A DNA stretch of 64,000 nt from an uncultured Methanoregulaceae archaeon (GTDB taxonomy: Archaea > Halobacteriota > Methanomicrobia > Methanomicrobiales > Methanospirillaceae): NCBI GenBank assembly GCA_963705255.1, contig OY970061.1, positions 2,272,001-2,336,000 on the forward strand, given 5' to 3'. Below the pieces are notes generated by a model. It ran no database searches and had not been told where the DNA came from. It saw only the letters and a list, made by a program, of their open reading frames with translations. A program made the translations under genes and the position numbers. Within the stretch, counting starts at the first letter, position 1. Each line of letters starts with the position of its first letter. Shown piece after piece: positions 20,834-31,520 of this stretch.

Positions 20834-20932
20834 ATCAGGAATTGAAATTCCTTCGAGGTTCAGGAAATGATTTACAATCATTTCCTTCTCCACTCGGAGA
20901 GCACTGACGTGCTCCCTCGTGGTTCAGGAAAT
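20834..20932. repeat. Divergent member of the double-hairpin element, ~1.5 units
   Basis: AGGAAT[TGAA]ATTCCT-TCGAGGTTC-AGGAAATGAT[TTACA]ATCATTTCCT ... GAGCAC[TGAC]GTGCTC-CC-TCGTGGTTC-AGGAAAT. Confidence 0.65.
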
Positions 20933-21048
20933 TATCTCCGGTCATTTTTACTTCCATTGGCGTGACTGCAGCATCGCTCCCCCGGCTGGCATAAGGTATT
21001 GCCGCTTTTACCATCTTTTTTATAGCGTGGTTTTCCAACTATATCCTG

Positions 21049-21534
21049 ATGAAGATCTGCATCATGTACCACAGCGAGAGCGGCAACACCCGCCACGTGG
21101 CCCAGCATATTGCATCGGCCTGCGACGGGAAGCTGATCGAGATCACGGACAAGGCCAGCTACAACCGGCTGACCAGGTTCCTTGTCCGGTGCAAAATGGC
21201 ACGGGGGGAAGAGAAGACACCGATCGAACCTGCGGTTATCGATGTCTCCGGCTACGACCAGCTCGTGTTCGGGTCACCTGTCTGGGCGTTCAAGCCGACA
21301 CCGGCGATCCATGCCGCGATCGATGCGCTGAAGGGGTGCGAGGGAAAGAAGGCGACTGCGTTCTGCACGCACGGCGGCAGACCCGGGCAGACTGCCGAAG
21401 TCTTCCGGAAATGGATAGAGGCACGGGGCATGAAATGCGTGGGGAACGGGAACATCCACCAGGATGATATCGAGAATGAGAAGAAGACCCGGGAACTGGT
21501 CTCTGTTCTGATCAAAAATTCACACCCCTCCTGA
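21049..21534 (+). CDS. Flavodoxin family protein
   Basis: [30 protein letters not shown]. Confidence 0.9.
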   Translation: MKICIMYHSESGNTRHVAQHIASACDGKLIEITDKASYNRLTRFLVRCKMARGEEKTPIEPAVIDVSGYDQLVFGSPVWAFKPTPAIHAAIDALKGCEGKKATAFCTHGGRPGQTAEVFRKWIEARGMKCVGNGNIHQDDIENEKKTRELVSVLIKNSHPS

Positions 21535-21731
21535 TCCCGGACTCCCTGTGCGGCGGTGCAGGCCCGGAGGGCAGTCCTCTTTTTTCGCAGGTGCGCTGGT
21601 TTCTGCCGGGATCAAAGGGAACCGTTCTGTATCTCCCGGCATGCATCCCCTCAATAAAACCCCGTTCCCGGCTGCCTGTTCTTTACCGGGGAAAGCCTTT
21701 TTGTCAGCCGGCACCATTATTGTATACAATT

Positions 21732-22346
21732 ATGACGGACCCGTACGAAAATCTTCTCAAACAGGCCTATTCCAATATCACTGAGAAGACCGAATCCTCC
21801 GAGCGTTTTGTCGTTCCCGAGGCGAAGGCCTACGTCGAGGGAAAGACGACCGTGCTGGAAAATTTTGCCGAAATCGTGGGAAAAGTACGCCGTGACCAGG
21901 ACCACCTGATGAAATTTTTGCTGGGCGAACTCGGGACGAGCGGGAAGATCGACGGGAACCGCGCCATTTTCAACGGGAAGTTCGAGGTATCCCTTATCAA
22001 GGCCATCATCAAGAGTTACGTAGACGACTACGTGATCTGTTCCGAATGCGGCAAGCCGGATACAAGGCTCGTCAAGGACGACCGGGTCATGATCCTCCGC
22101 TGCGATGCCTGCGGGAGCCACCGCCCGGTCAGGAAACGCAAGGCCCGCACCGAGCCCGTCTCGGAGAACCTCGAGGAAGGCCAGATACTGGATGTCGAGA
22201 TCCAGTCGATCTCCAAACGCGGGGACGGGGTCGTGAAGATGGGCAGGTACATCATGTACGTGGCGAATGCAAAGCCGGGACAGAAAGTCAAGATCAAGAT
22301 CTCCCGGATTTCCGGATCGATCGTTTTCACCGAACGTGCGGAATAG
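21732..22346 (+). CDS. eif2b: Translation initiation factor 2 beta subunit with C-terminal TRAM domain
   Basis: YENLLKQAY...ERFVVP...KFLLGELGT...CSECGKPDT...CDACG, then TRAM domain. Confidence 0.95.
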   Translation: MTDPYENLLKQAYSNITEKTESSERFVVPEAKAYVEGKTTVLENFAEIVGKVRRDQDHLMKFLLGELGTSGKIDGNRAIFNGKFEVSLIKAIIKSYVDDYVICSECGKPDTRLVKDDRVMILRCDACGSHRPVRKRKARTEPVSENLEEGQILDVEIQSISKRGDGVVKMGRYIMYVANAKPGQKVKIKISRISGSIVFTERAE

Positions 22347-22551
22347 CCCGGCACTTTTTTTGGAGACCCGGTCTCCAGATAATGAAACAATTTTTTCCTG
22401 TCCTAAACGTGAGCCCCTTCCTGTTCAGGATGATACCGGGCCGGATGCCGGGGGGAGATCCCTCCAATGGCCAGGGTGGACCCCGCTGAAGGAAACGTCT
22501 TCCCGGAACTAAAGCACAATCTGCAAAAAAAAATATTCCGTAATTTTTTAT

Positions 22552-22821
22552 TCAGCGCTTCTTCAGTCCCTTGATGAGTTCATCGCAGTGGCCGCCGATC
22601 CGCCTGCAGGCCTTCTTGATGATGGGCAGGGGATTTTTCCTGCCTTTCGTGGTGACGAGCAGTTCCGGGTCAGAAAACTGGAACTCGATCATATATTTTG
22701 CGACATCGACGTCAGGGTCGCTTAGGATCTCCTCGACAAGGGCGTTCATGAACGTGTGCCCCTCCCCCTGGATGATGAGCCGCACCTTGTCCTTTTCGAG
22801 TTCGAGTACTTTTACAATCAT
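22552..22821 (-). CDS. rpoL: DNA-directed RNA polymerase subunit L (Rpo11)
   Basis: IQGEGHTFMNALVEEILSDPDVDVAKY. Confidence 0.93.
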   Translation of the reverse strand: MIVKVLELEKDKVRLIIQGEGHTFMNALVEEILSDPDVDVAKYMIEFQFSDPELLVTTKGRKNPLPIIKKACRRIGGHCDELIKGLKKR

Positions 22822-22898
22822 GCACCTATGTTTGGGAACGTGAAAACTATTAAGGTATGGGTGTGGTGACCCCGTAGTACACCTGCAGGCCGGTCTCT

Positions 22899-23621
22899 TT
22901 ATGCAAAATCGAAGGTCTCCCCGTCGGTACCGAGGTGGGGGAGCCCCCAGGGAAGAAGGTGGCTCTGGTGAACGCAGCGGAAGTCCTGCGGGCCGAGCCG
23001 TCCGGCCAGCGTACAGGCATCAAGGTAATTCATGTGCTTATGGATGGTGATGCTGGAGGGCACGAGTGCGTCGACGAGGAGGAGGTCGAGGTCTTTCAGG
23101 AGGTCCAGGCTCTTTTGGGGGATATCGATGTTCGTGTCCGATGTGAACCCGACCCGGGACTCTTCAGTCTCGAAGAGCATCCCGCAGGTGAATGCCGGCG
23201 GGTGCCTGACCATGAAGGGCGTGACCGTGACCCCGAAGATATCGAACGACTCGTAGGGCTGGATGGCGCCCTTGTCGAAGGTGAGGAACCGGAAGATCTC
23301 GGCACAGTAACTGAGGACCGGCTGCGGTGCAAAGACAGGGGGGATGTCCTGGATCCGGTAGAACTCGCCAAAACCGATGAAATGGTCATAGTGCCCGTGG
23401 GTCCAGATGACCGCATCGATATGCGGCGAGCCGTGCAGCAGGAGCTGCTGCCTCAGGTCGGGCGACGAGTCGATCAGGAGGTGCCGCCCCTCGTTCTCGA
23501 CAAGGAGGGAGGTACGGAGGCGCATGGCGCCGGTGGCCTTTGCATGGGAACACTGGAGACAGCTGCATCCCACTTTCGGTGTCCCGATGGCATCGCCGGT
23601 CCCGAGCAGCGTGATCTTCAT
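22899..23621 (-). CDS. Metallo-beta-lactamase-fold hydrolase (PhnP-like)
   Basis: LLGTGDAIGTP, CSCLQC, THGHYDH. Confidence 0.9.
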   Translation of the reverse strand: MKITLLGTGDAIGTPKVGCSCLQCSHAKATGAMRLRTSLLVENEGRHLLIDSSPDLRQQLLLHGSPHIDAVIWTHGHYDHFIGFGEFYRIQDIPPVFAPQPVLSYCAEIFRFLTFDKGAIQPYESFDIFGVTVTPFMVRHPPAFTCGMLFETEESRVGFTSDTNIDIPQKSLDLLKDLDLLLVDALVPSSITIHKHMNYLDACTLAGRLGPQDFRCVHQSHLLPWGLPHLGTDGETFDFA

Positions 23622-23622
23622 G

Positions 23623-24896
23623 TTACAACCAGTTCAGGTGGCGGATCGCTTCCCGGTTCCTGACCATGCTGATCCCCTTTTCAATATCTGTTGCCTCGAT
23701 GGACTGCCGCTTGTCCATGAGCGCGGAGAGAATAGCTTCCTTGATCATCATGCGGAGATCGGAACCGGAGAACCCTTCGGTCCGGGCTGCCAGTTTCTGA
23801 TAGTCCACCGTGCACCTGAGAGTGGAGGTCACTTTCTTTAAGATGTCCTTCCGCATCTCTTCGTCAGGGAGCGCGAACTCCACCACCTCATCGAACCTCC
23901 GCCACGCCGCCTCGTCCAGCAGCTGCGGGTGGTTGGTGGCACCGATCAGGATGACGCTGTTCTTGATCAGGTTGATCTTGTCGATATTCTTCAGGAGGGA
24001 GTTCACCGCGCGTTTCATTGCCCCGTGATCATCAGTGGTCCGGCTTTTTGCGACAAAGTCGAATTCATCGATAAAGAGGATGACCGGCGACAGTTTTTTT
24101 GCCAGTTCGAATATGCGGTCGATATTTTTCGAGGTCTCGCCCAGGTACTGCGAGGTGATCATCGAGAGCCGCACCTCGAGCACGGGCATATGCATGGTCC
24201 GGGACATGGCGAGCGCCATGGAGGTTTTCCCCGTGCCCGGCGGGCCTACGAAGAGGAGTTTCCCGATCTCGTAGATCCGGTGCCGGTGCAGGAATTCGCG
24301 GTGGATCAGGGCGTGCTGGATCTTGCTGATTATCGCCATCTGGTCCGGGGTGCAGACAAGGTCGTCGAGATGCTGCTCGACCTCTTCGGGGGCGTTGATG
24401 ATGACAAGGTCGAGCGCCCCCCGAGTTTTTCGTCTTCGCTCACCAGTTTCGAGATGCGGGCATCGAGATGCGCCTTCGTGTCCTCGAATGGAGGGTTTGC
24501 TGCGCGGACCGCCTTGTAGGAGACGCCGGTAGAGTCAAGGTTTTCGAAGAAAAATGCAAGTGCCGGGTTCTTCTCGATGCAGGGCCTGCCTCCCTGTTTC
24601 AGGAACCAGCGGGCAGCCGGTTCAAGTGCCGTGAGCCGGAGGCGCTGGCCAAACTCCTCGTAGGCGACAAAGGGGTTTGCCGCGAGTTTCTGGTGGGCGT
24701 CGGGAATGGCGAGGGTGCGCTTGATCAGCCCGTCGCTGACATACACCGGCCGCTTGACTTCCGTGGCGGTCGCAGCACCGAAGATCTCGCGACAGGCCGG
24801 GGTCAGGTCGTTGATATCGAGTTCTGGGTTCTGGTTGAATATCTCAGCGGTCAGAACGACTTCCATAATGCGCAGGGCTTCAGAATCTCCAGACAT
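23623..24896 (-). CDS. AAA+ ATPase (frameshift ~24420)
   Basis: Walker A GPPGTGKT, Walker B LFIDEFD, SRH ATNHPQLLDEAAWRRFD; N-terminal part is ORF 24330-24896. Confidence 0.88.
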
Positions 24897-24940
24897 GGCT
24901 GTAACCTTAATTATTCATCGCCAGAATGAATAAGGCTATC

Positions 24941-25816
24941 TCACCGGGTCGTCACGACGCAGCCGTCCGGCGTGACAATCACCGTGTGCTCGTGCTGGGA
25001 GACCAGCGCCCCCGGGATGTCAGACGGTACCGGGTAGACATGGAGTACCTGCGACCGGACAAGCAAAGGCAGTGCTATATCGAGTTTTTTATCCCCCAGC
25101 CAGCGGCGGGCAAAGGGCAGCCCGTTGCGTTCCCGGATCTTTTCGAGCACGGTCCGGCCGGCAGGCGTCCGGACCGGTCTCTGGGAGACCTGGGAATAGA
25201 TCTCCCTCCTCGGTTTCTCGCCCACCCGGCCGATGCCTGTCGAGGCGAACGGTTCGATGGCAAAGACCATCCCTTCCTCGAGCACCACCCCACCGGAGAT
25301 CCCGATGTTGGGGATGGTGGGGGAGCGGTGGAGGACGTACCGGTCAAGCCCGTGCCCGGTCAGGTTCGAGATCGGGCGGTAGCCGCGGCTCTCGATCTCC
25401 TTCTGGATGGCCGCCCCGAGCCCTCCTGCTGTTGCCCCCGGCCGCACTGATCGTATAGCTGATTCGAGCGCCTCTTCCGATGCCTGGAGGAGAAGCGAAT
25501 TGCTGCCAAGGTCAACCGTGGTAGCAGTATCTGCAATATAACCGTCGATCTGCACCCCGAGGTCCAGTTTTGCCACGTCACCCCGGGAGAATACCCGCTC
25601 ATCGCCGTACGAGGCGGTGTCGTGCGCGGCGTCCTCGTTGAGCGAGAGGTTGAGCGGGAAAGCGAGCGCTGCCCCTTCCTCCCCGACCCTCGCCTCGATC
25701 GATTCGACGAGTTCACGGTATGATGCCCCGACACGGATGGACCGTGCACCGTCCTGCAGGATCGCTGCCGCAACCCTCCCTGCATCCCGGTATTTTTCGA
25801 ACACTTCGTCATTCAT
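24941..25816 (-). CDS. map: Methionine aminopeptidase type II
   Basis: AFPLNLSLNEDAAH, KLDLGVQIDGYIADTA, NLTGHGL, AIEPF, SQHEHT. Confidence 0.95.
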   Translation of the reverse strand: MNDEVFEKYRDAGRVAAAILQDGARSIRVGASYRELVESIEARVGEEGAALAFPLNLSLNEDAAHDTASYGDERVFSRGDVAKLDLGVQIDGYIADTATTVDLGSNSLLLQASEEALESAIRSVRPGATAGGLGAAIQKEIESRGYRPISNLTGHGLDRYVLHRSPTIPNIGISGGVVLEEGMVFAIEPFASTGIGRVGEKPRREIYSQVSQRPVRTPAGRTVLEKIRERNGLPFARRWLGDKKLDIALPLLVRSQVLHVYPVPSDIPGALVSQHEHTVIVTPDGCVVTTR

Positions 25817-26940
25817 ACGATGAGATCCTCCGGGAAATCCGTGAAATTTGCAAAGCCCTTCCTTGTGACCGCACCGATATCCTCCAGCCGGACGCCGCCG
25901 GTTCCGGGATAGTAGAGCCCCGGTTCGAGGGTGATGACGTTGCCGGCTTCGAGTTCCTTTCCCGCGGGCCCGACCGTGGGGAGCTCGTGGACCTGCAGCC
26001 CTACGCCGTGCCCGAGATTGTGGACAAACCCGCGGGTGTCGCTCTCGTACCCCCGCTCCCGGAAAAAGTCCACAACGGCCTGGTATACCTCTGCGCCCGG
26101 CACTCCCGGTTTTACCCTGGACGCCGCGAGCTGTTTTGCCTCCCGCAGGGCATCGTACATCTCGCGGATCCCGGGAGACGGCTCGCCCTTGACTACGGTA
26201 CGGGTCATATCGGAATAATAGCCACTCTCTTCTTCGACCGGGAAAAGGTCGATGATGACCGGTTCGTCAGCCCTCAGCGGGCCGGTACCGGTCATGTGGG
26301 GGATCGCGGTGTCCTCCCCGCACGAGACGATAGTGTCGACCGCGGTGCAGCCGTGCTCCAGCAGGTGGCAGTGCATGGTATATTTCACCTGTTCGGCAGT
26401 GAGGGGTCTTCCCCCGAGGTGGAGGACTCCCTTCTTTACCGATGACTTCCTGATGAGGGCCACGGCGAGCCCCATTGCAGCCCCGGTGACCTCCTGGACG
26501 TGCCGTATCGCCCGGAGTTCCGGTGCAGATTTTTTTGCCCGCAGAGAAAGGACGGTCCCCTTGTCGACCGTGACCGTACAGTACTCCCTGAGTGCCTCGG
26601 CAAGGGCTACGGGAAACTGTGGCGGTACGAGAATGTTCTCTCCCGCCTGGCCTGCGATCATCCGTGCCGTCGCGCGGAACGGGTCTTTTTCCGTTTTGAG
26701 TATCTCCGGTAACCCGGCCTGCGTCCGTGTCATGACCGTGGCCTTCGATTCGCGGGACGCGCGCCCGGTTTCCATCTGGGAGATGATAATAACGCCGTTC
26801 CTGCCGGGCTTTTTGAAGAAGATGAACGGGTCGCTCGTGACAAATGTCGTCAGGTACCTCATGTCTGCGTCGCGCGATGAGGCATACGCGACGTAGGCGT
26901 CGGCACCGCTCTGCCTGATCGTATCGGAAAGTGGATCCAT
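25813..26940 (-). CDS. Xaa-Pro aminopeptidase / prolidase (M24B)
   Basis: IPH, IIDLFP, YYSDMTRT, HNLGHGVGLQVHELP, LEPGLY, GVRLED. Confidence 0.93.
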   Translation of the reverse strand: MDPLSDTIRQSGADAYVAYASSRDADMRYLTTFVTSDPFIFFKKPGRNGVIIISQMETGRASRESKATVMTRTQAGLPEILKTEKDPFRATARMIAGQAGENILVPPQFPVALAEALREYCTVTVDKGTVLSLRAKKSAPELRAIRHVQEVTGAAMGLAVALIRKSSVKKGVLHLGGRPLTAEQVKYTMHCHLLEHGCTAVDTIVSCGEDTAIPHMTGTGPLRADEPVIIDLFPVEEESGYYSDMTRTVVKGEPSPGIREMYDALREAKQLAASRVKPGVPGAEVYQAVVDFFRERGYESDTRGFVHNLGHGVGLQVHELPTVGPAGKELEAGNVITLEPGLYYPGTGGVRLEDIGAVTRKGFANFTDFPEDLIV

Positions 26941-26998
26941 CTGCCGGGAATATATGTAGTGAAACGTCAAGTACTTTTATTCCGGGGTCGACGTACGA

Positions 26999-27247
26999 GT
27001 GATGGATGCGAAAGCCAAAGACCAGTTCAGGTGGAAGTTCTACCGGCTTGCAGTACAGCTGAATATCATCGTCCTTCTCGTTGCGGTATCCGTCCTGGCC
27101 CTTTTTCTCATCCCGGCACGATTCCGGCTCCCGCTGGTCGCCGTGCTGCTCGCGGGCGCACTGGTGCTTTCGGTCAATTTCCGGAAAAAATACCGGGAGA
27201 CCAGGGCATGGCTTCACGAACAACCGGATAAAAAAACCGGTGAATAA
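26999..27247 (+). CDS. Small two-TM membrane protein
   Basis: Two hydrophobic segments flanked by basic residues. Confidence 0.65.
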   Translation: MMDAKAKDQFRWKFYRLAVQLNIIVLLVAVSVLALFLIPARFRLPLVAVLLAGALVLSVNFRKKYRETRAWLHEQPDKKTGE

Positions 27248-27293
27248 AAAACCGGTGAATAATACCGGCGATCCGGAGGATGGAGGAGACCGA

Positions 27294-27587
27294 ATGCTCG
27301 AAAAGATGAAGGACGAGGCTGAACTGGTCAGCCGCCATCTGCAGGTGGCCCGTGCCGTAGCTGACCACGAACCGATCGGCATCATGAAACTCTCCGAGCT
27401 CCTCGACCTGCCCTCCCACCGCATCCGCTATTCGCTGCACGTGCTGGAGCAGCTCGGGTACATCCGTGCTTCACCTGACGGCGCAGTGGTAACTCCCCGG
27501 ACCGTGGAGCTCTTCACGCACCTGAACGCGGACCTGGAGGAGATCATCGGGCGCCTCGAGGCCATGAAGCGGGATGAACATTATTGA
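27294..27587 (+). CDS. Winged-helix putative transcriptional regulator
   Basis: RHLQV...EPIGIMKLSELL...HRIRYSLHVLEQLGYIRASPDGA; SD GGAGGA. Confidence 0.8.
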   Translation: MLEKMKDEAELVSRHLQVARAVADHEPIGIMKLSELLDLPSHRIRYSLHVLEQLGYIRASPDGAVVTPRTVELFTHLNADLEEIIGRLEAMKRDEHY

Positions 27588-27676
27588 CGGTATCCCCCGT
27601 CACCGGCACACCCTGCCCATCCCGGTAGTTACCTTTAAAAGTACTCAGAAAGAATCTAATAAGGCGCAGTGAGACT

Positions 27677-27749
27677 GCCTCCCTAACTCAGTTGGTAGAG
27701 TGTCGGACTGTTAATCCGAATGTCACAGGTTCGAGCCCTGTGGGGGGCG
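27677..27749 (+). tRNA. tRNA-Asn(GTT)
   Basis: GCCTCCC/GGGGGGC acceptor; anticodon arm TCGGA CTGTTAA TCCGA; GGTTCGAGCCC. Confidence 0.93.
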
Positions 27750-27755
27750 TTTAAA

Positions 27756-27831
27756 GGGCCCGTCAGCTCAGTCCGGTCAGAGCGCCCGGCTCATAACCGG
27801 GCGGTCATGGGTTCGAATCCCTTCGGGCCCA
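27756..27831 (+). tRNA. tRNA with CAT anticodon, most likely tRNA-Ile2 (agmatidine type)
   Basis: GGGCCCG acceptor and CCCGG anticodon stem shared with the tRNA-Ile(GAT) in this window; loop CTCATAA; one extra C before AGCT at ~27764. Confidence 0.85.
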
Positions 27832-27940
27832 CTGTTTTCTGGTCCTTTTGACAGGTCCTCTCTTCCCGTCCTTTCCCGGCGCCATGCCCCGAAGGAAAAT
27901 TTGAAAAACTTTCTATCTTGGGACGATCATAGGGAGCAGC

Positions 27941-28972
27941 ATGAAGTGTCCTGTCTGCGAGATGGACTGTGTCAAATCCGCACAGGAAGTCCTGGCAACC
28001 CTCCCCTCCCTTTTTCTACCCTGCCCGGACTGCAGCCTGAGGATCCTTGACAAGCGTGCCCCGCTCCCGTCGCTGGAGTATGCCCGGCCGTGTTCGTGCG
28101 GCAAGAGGTTCATCGACGAGGTCTTTGCCCACATGTACGTAATCATGGTCGCGGAGGGGGACCTGAACAGGACGGACCCGCTGATCGCTGTCGGGTCGCC
28201 GCTCGTGCATCCCGGGTATGCCATGGACCGCCCGCCGTTCCTTACGGAGAAATCGCTCGTACTGCTCTCGCCGAGGGTGACAAAAAAGACGGCAGAACGC
28301 CTCGTTGCAGAGGTCCCTGAACTCCGCGGGGTCGTCAGGACCGGCAGTTTCGTCCCGGGAATAACCAGCCCGGACCTGAAAACGGTCCCGAAGGTCTACG
28401 AACTCCTTGCGGGATGCGATGTACGGGCGGATATCTTCCCGCTCCGCACGGGCCCCCTGGTGGTGTACAAGCAGCAGTCCCTCATGCATATCGAGTTTCC
28501 TCGCGGAGGGTACCCGAAGATCCGGGCCGTGGAGCAGCACGTGGGGAATCCCCCGGCCCGGTATTTTGTCGATGCCTGTTCCGGTGCGGGGACGCTCGGC
28601 CTTTCCGCTGCCTGCCTCGGTGTGCCCCGCGTCGTGATGAACGACGCCTGGTACGCCTCGGCATTCTGGTCTGCCTTCAACCTTGAAGTGAACCGCGGGT
28701 ACCTCAGGATACGGCGGGTGAAAATATTCGAACAGTTCGAGGACATGCAGAAGCACCCGGTCACCCGCTACCCGGTAAAGATCGCGGAGACGGAAGGAGA
28801 GCAGGTGATCGAAGTGTACCAGGGGGACCTCCTCGAGCTGCCGCCGGTTCTGCTCCCGGGCGTCCCCCCGCTGGCCGCGCTGGATCTTTTTGACAAAAAT
28901 GACGTTGCGGCCACCCGGAAGATACAGGAGGAATGGCTGGCCAAGGCCGGCGGGGAAGCGTTCATCCCTTGA
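27941..28972 (+). CDS. Hypothetical protein: Cys-rich N-terminus plus class I SAM-methyltransferase-like domain
   Basis: CPVC, CPDC, CSCG; FVDACSGAGTLG (motif I-like) and VVMNDAW. Confidence 0.65.
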   Translation: MKCPVCEMDCVKSAQEVLATLPSLFLPCPDCSLRILDKRAPLPSLEYARPCSCGKRFIDEVFAHMYVIMVAEGDLNRTDPLIAVGSPLVHPGYAMDRPPFLTEKSLVLLSPRVTKKTAERLVAEVPELRGVVRTGSFVPGITSPDLKTVPKVYELLAGCDVRADIFPLRTGPLVVYKQQSLMHIEFPRGGYPKIRAVEQHVGNPPARYFVDACSGAGTLGLSAACLGVPRVVMNDAWYASAFWSAFNLEVNRGYLRIRRVKIFEQFEDMQKHPVTRYPVKIAETEGEQVIEVYQGDLLELPPVLLPGVPPLAALDLFDKNDVAATRKIQEEWLAKAGGEAFIP

Positions 28973-29056
28973 ACTCATGCCGGCGGTTCCGGACGCTCGT
29001 GGATGCATCCGTGCACAGGGCAAGAAGCCTTTATTGGGCGGTGTGCAAAAGTATAT

Positions 29057-29363
29057 GGGGACTAGCCCGGGTGGCTCGGCGTCACTTGTTACCCGAAACC
29101 GTCGGTACGCGGGGGGCGAAGTTTGACTGAGGCTGCAACGGCCTGCGGGAGCTTGTGCGTTCTGACCGTGAAACCTTGTCCCATGAGGTCGATGGCCAGG
29201 GATCAAAATTCCGGAGGGAATGGCGACCTGTCGCTGCGGGGACCGGTTCAGGCCCGGAAGGGAGCAGACTTACCGCAGACATCCGGCGCCCATGGGGTAA
29301 CGGGGCGGAGGATGAGCGCTTTGGCAAACGCAGAAACGTGCAGTCGACCGATAACACGTCCCC
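29057..29363 (+). ncRNA. ffs: Archaeal SRP (7S) RNA
   Basis: Helix-8 SRP54 motif CAGGCCCGGAAGGGAGCA; helix-6 TTCC-GGAG-GGAA; terminal pairing GGGGAC/GTCCCC; ~307 nt. Confidence 0.93.
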
Positions 29364-29376
29364 ATTCGCGAATATC

Positions 29377-30340
29377 ATGGCAAAAGTGACCATTATCGGT
29401 GCAACGGGCAATGTCGGGATGTTTGCCGCACATGCCATCTCCGCTATCCCGCATGTCAGCGAGATCCTTCTCTATGGGAGGAAAGGGCGTGAATCTCTTC
29501 TGAAAGGCATTACCCAGGACCTCGGGGACTCGTTTGCTGCACGGGGTACGGATATGCGGGTCACCTGGACGACCGACCTGAAAGACGCTGCAGGGTCAGA
29601 CGTGGTCGTCGTTACTGCAGGAGCACCGCGCACGCCGGAACAGGACCGCCTTGACCTTGCGATGGGCAACGCACGGATCATTGCCCCGCTTGCCAGGACG
29701 ATCGGCGAGATCGCTCCGGAGACCAAGATACTGGTGGTCACCAACCCCGTCGACGTCATGACCAGCGTTGCGCTGAAATATTCGAAGCTGAAGCCCACCC
29801 AGGTCTTCGGCCTCGGGACGCACCTGGACTCGATGCGCCTCAAATCGCTGATCGCTTCTGTACTTCCATGTCCACGTGAGCGAGGTCCATACCCGTATCA
29901 TCGGCGAACACGGCGACAGCCTTGTCCCGCTCTGGTCCGCGACCACCATCGGCGGTATCAGGATCTCGAACCTGCCGGAGTTTGCACACCTGCCGGTTAA
30001 GGAGATCATCGAGTCGGTGAAGTGCAGCGGCCAGATGATCATCCAGAACAAGGGCTCAACCGTGTACGGGCCCGGTGAGGCGATCGCATCCCTTGTCAGG
30101 ACCGTGCTGTCCGATGAAAACCGCATCCTGACCGTGTCCGCCTATATCAAGCGCGAAGTCCACGGGATCGGCGATGTCTGTATTGGCGTGCCAGCCCGCA
30201 TCAACCGCGAAGGGGTCTTCCCGATCGCAATCCGGATCGATGAATCGGAAGTCATCGCGTTCCGCGAGTCCGTGGAAAAGATCCGCATCAGCACGAAACA
30301 CGTGCTCGAAGCGCTGGAAGAATCCGTGATGGAAGAATAA
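29377..30340 (+). CDS. mdh: Malate dehydrogenase, LDH-like (frameshift ~29860)
   Basis: KVTIIGATGNVG, TAGAPR, VTNPVD, GTHLDSMR, then IIGEHGDS in the second frame. Confidence 0.92.
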
Positions 30341-30389
30341 GGTGTCCCAGGGAAAAACCGGGGATGAAAAAAGACGTTCCTGAACTGTT

Positions 30390-30647
30390 TTATGTCAGGG
30401 TTACTTCGATGATCTCTGCCCGCTCGACACCGGGTATGGCACCGATGGTCTTTTCAAGGGCGTCTGTTTCCCCGCCGGCGTCGTTGACGATTGCCACGAA
30501 TTTGATCGCCTTGAGGCCAAAACCGATGGGCTCTTCCTTGATATCCTGGATGCCGGGTAATCTCTCCCTGAGTGCCTTTTTGAGCTGCTCGAGGTCCACT
30601 TCAGGTGACTCGGGCATGACCTTCATGATGACAGCGACACTGCCCAT
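30390..30647 (-). CDS. ef1b: Elongation factor 1-beta
   Basis: KVMPESPEVDL...EEPIGFGLKA. Confidence 0.95.
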   Translation of the reverse strand: MGSVAVIMKVMPESPEVDLEQLKKALRERLPGIQDIKEEPIGFGLKAIKFVAIVNDAGGETDALEKTIGAIPGVERAEIIEVTLT

Positions 30648-30650
30648 GGT

Positions 30651-30812
30651 TCACGGTCCCCCGAACCCGCACTTAGGGCAGACGTAGGGGATACTCTGCT
30701 CCCTGCACCGGTAGCACCGGGTGATCTCGACACCGCACGCGGGGCAACCGAATTCCGTAGCGCCCTCTTCTGCAAGCGGAGCGCTGCAGGATGTACACTT
30801 CTTATCTGACAT
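30651..30812 (-). CDS. Small double Zn-ribbon protein (DUF1610-like), upstream of EF-1beta
   Basis: MSDKKCTSC...FGCPACG...RCYRCR...YVCPKCGFGGP. Confidence 0.9.
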   Translation of the reverse strand: MSDKKCTSCSAPLAEEGATEFGCPACGVEITRCYRCREQSIPYVCPKCGFGGP

Positions 30813-30855
30813 TATTGCTCCTCCAAGGATTCCTATAGTATCTCTTTTGAAACCT

Positions 30856-31428
30856 TTAAAAGGTTGTACTGATGCGCGTGCCCGGAACCGGGTCGCCGCT
30901 GAGGTATCGGCGGAGCAGTTCCGGGCGCGATCCATTAAGAATGAACGTATCCACCCCGTTTTTAAGGACATAGGAAATAAAGAGCAGGTCGGTCACGTCT
31001 GTGGCCAGCGGGGCGTCCACGTGTTCCCGCAGGACACCCCCGCTCGCGATCCCGTCCACGGATTTGAGGAGGAGGAGGTCGAGGCAGAGGGAGGAGGCTG
31101 CCCATGCCGCGATGGTATCGGACGTGACGTCCCATGAATGGGGGAGAGGGTCCCGCTCCCGCAGGACGCGGGCGGGGAGGAGGACGACGGTCTGGTCCGG
31201 CACCGCGAGCCGGTCCGAGGCAGGAATACCCTGCGATGCGATATCAGCTGCCGTACTCGTCCATGGCCGCGATGGCTTCCCAGTGGGCGGTCTCATCATC
31301 GAGCCCCGCATCCCTGACGGCATCGGCAAACGGGCCGCCCCCGGGGACGACAAAGAGCGGGCGCACTGAGGACCGGAGGAAAGGCACGAGGTCCGGGACC
31401 CGGTTATACAGGCTCCCCCGACTTTCAC
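30856..31428 (-). CDS. Amino-acid-kinase family protein (MfnE-like); two compensating frameshifts (~31415, ~31245)
   Basis: VKVGG(SL), alternative frame with VPGGGPFADAVR...AMDEYG, then LPHSWDVTSDTIAAW, KSVDG. Confidence 0.8.
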   Translation of the reverse strand: MKVGGACITGSRTSCLSSGPQCARSLSSPGAARLPMPSGMRGSMMRPPTGKPSRPWTSTAADIASQGIPASDRLAVPDQTVVLLPARVLRERDPLPHSWDVTSDTIAAWAASSLCLDLLLLKSVDGIASGGVLREHVDAPLATDVTDLLFISYVLKNGVDTFILNGSRPELLRRYLSGDPVPGTRISTTF

Positions 31429-31520
31429 TACGAGGGGTCTCTCCTGAAGTGTACCGTTGGTCTTTGCTGCCGGATCATAACGGTTATCTATTATATCATG
31501 AATTTTATATCTTCAATGGC

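Noticed and set aside
20838-20851. GGAA-N6-TTCC match to the NrpR operator
   Set aside because: It lies after ilvC, not at a nitrogen-gene promoter, and is explained as a hairpin of the repeat family.
27222-27268. Short tandem repeat AAAAAACCGGTGAATA across a stop codon
   Set aside because: Only 2-3 imperfect ~15-bp copies; consistent with local slippage and no sign of function.
29155-29376. Apparent 74-aa N-terminal extension of Mdh
   Set aside because: It overlaps the SRP RNA gene; the true start is ATG 29377.
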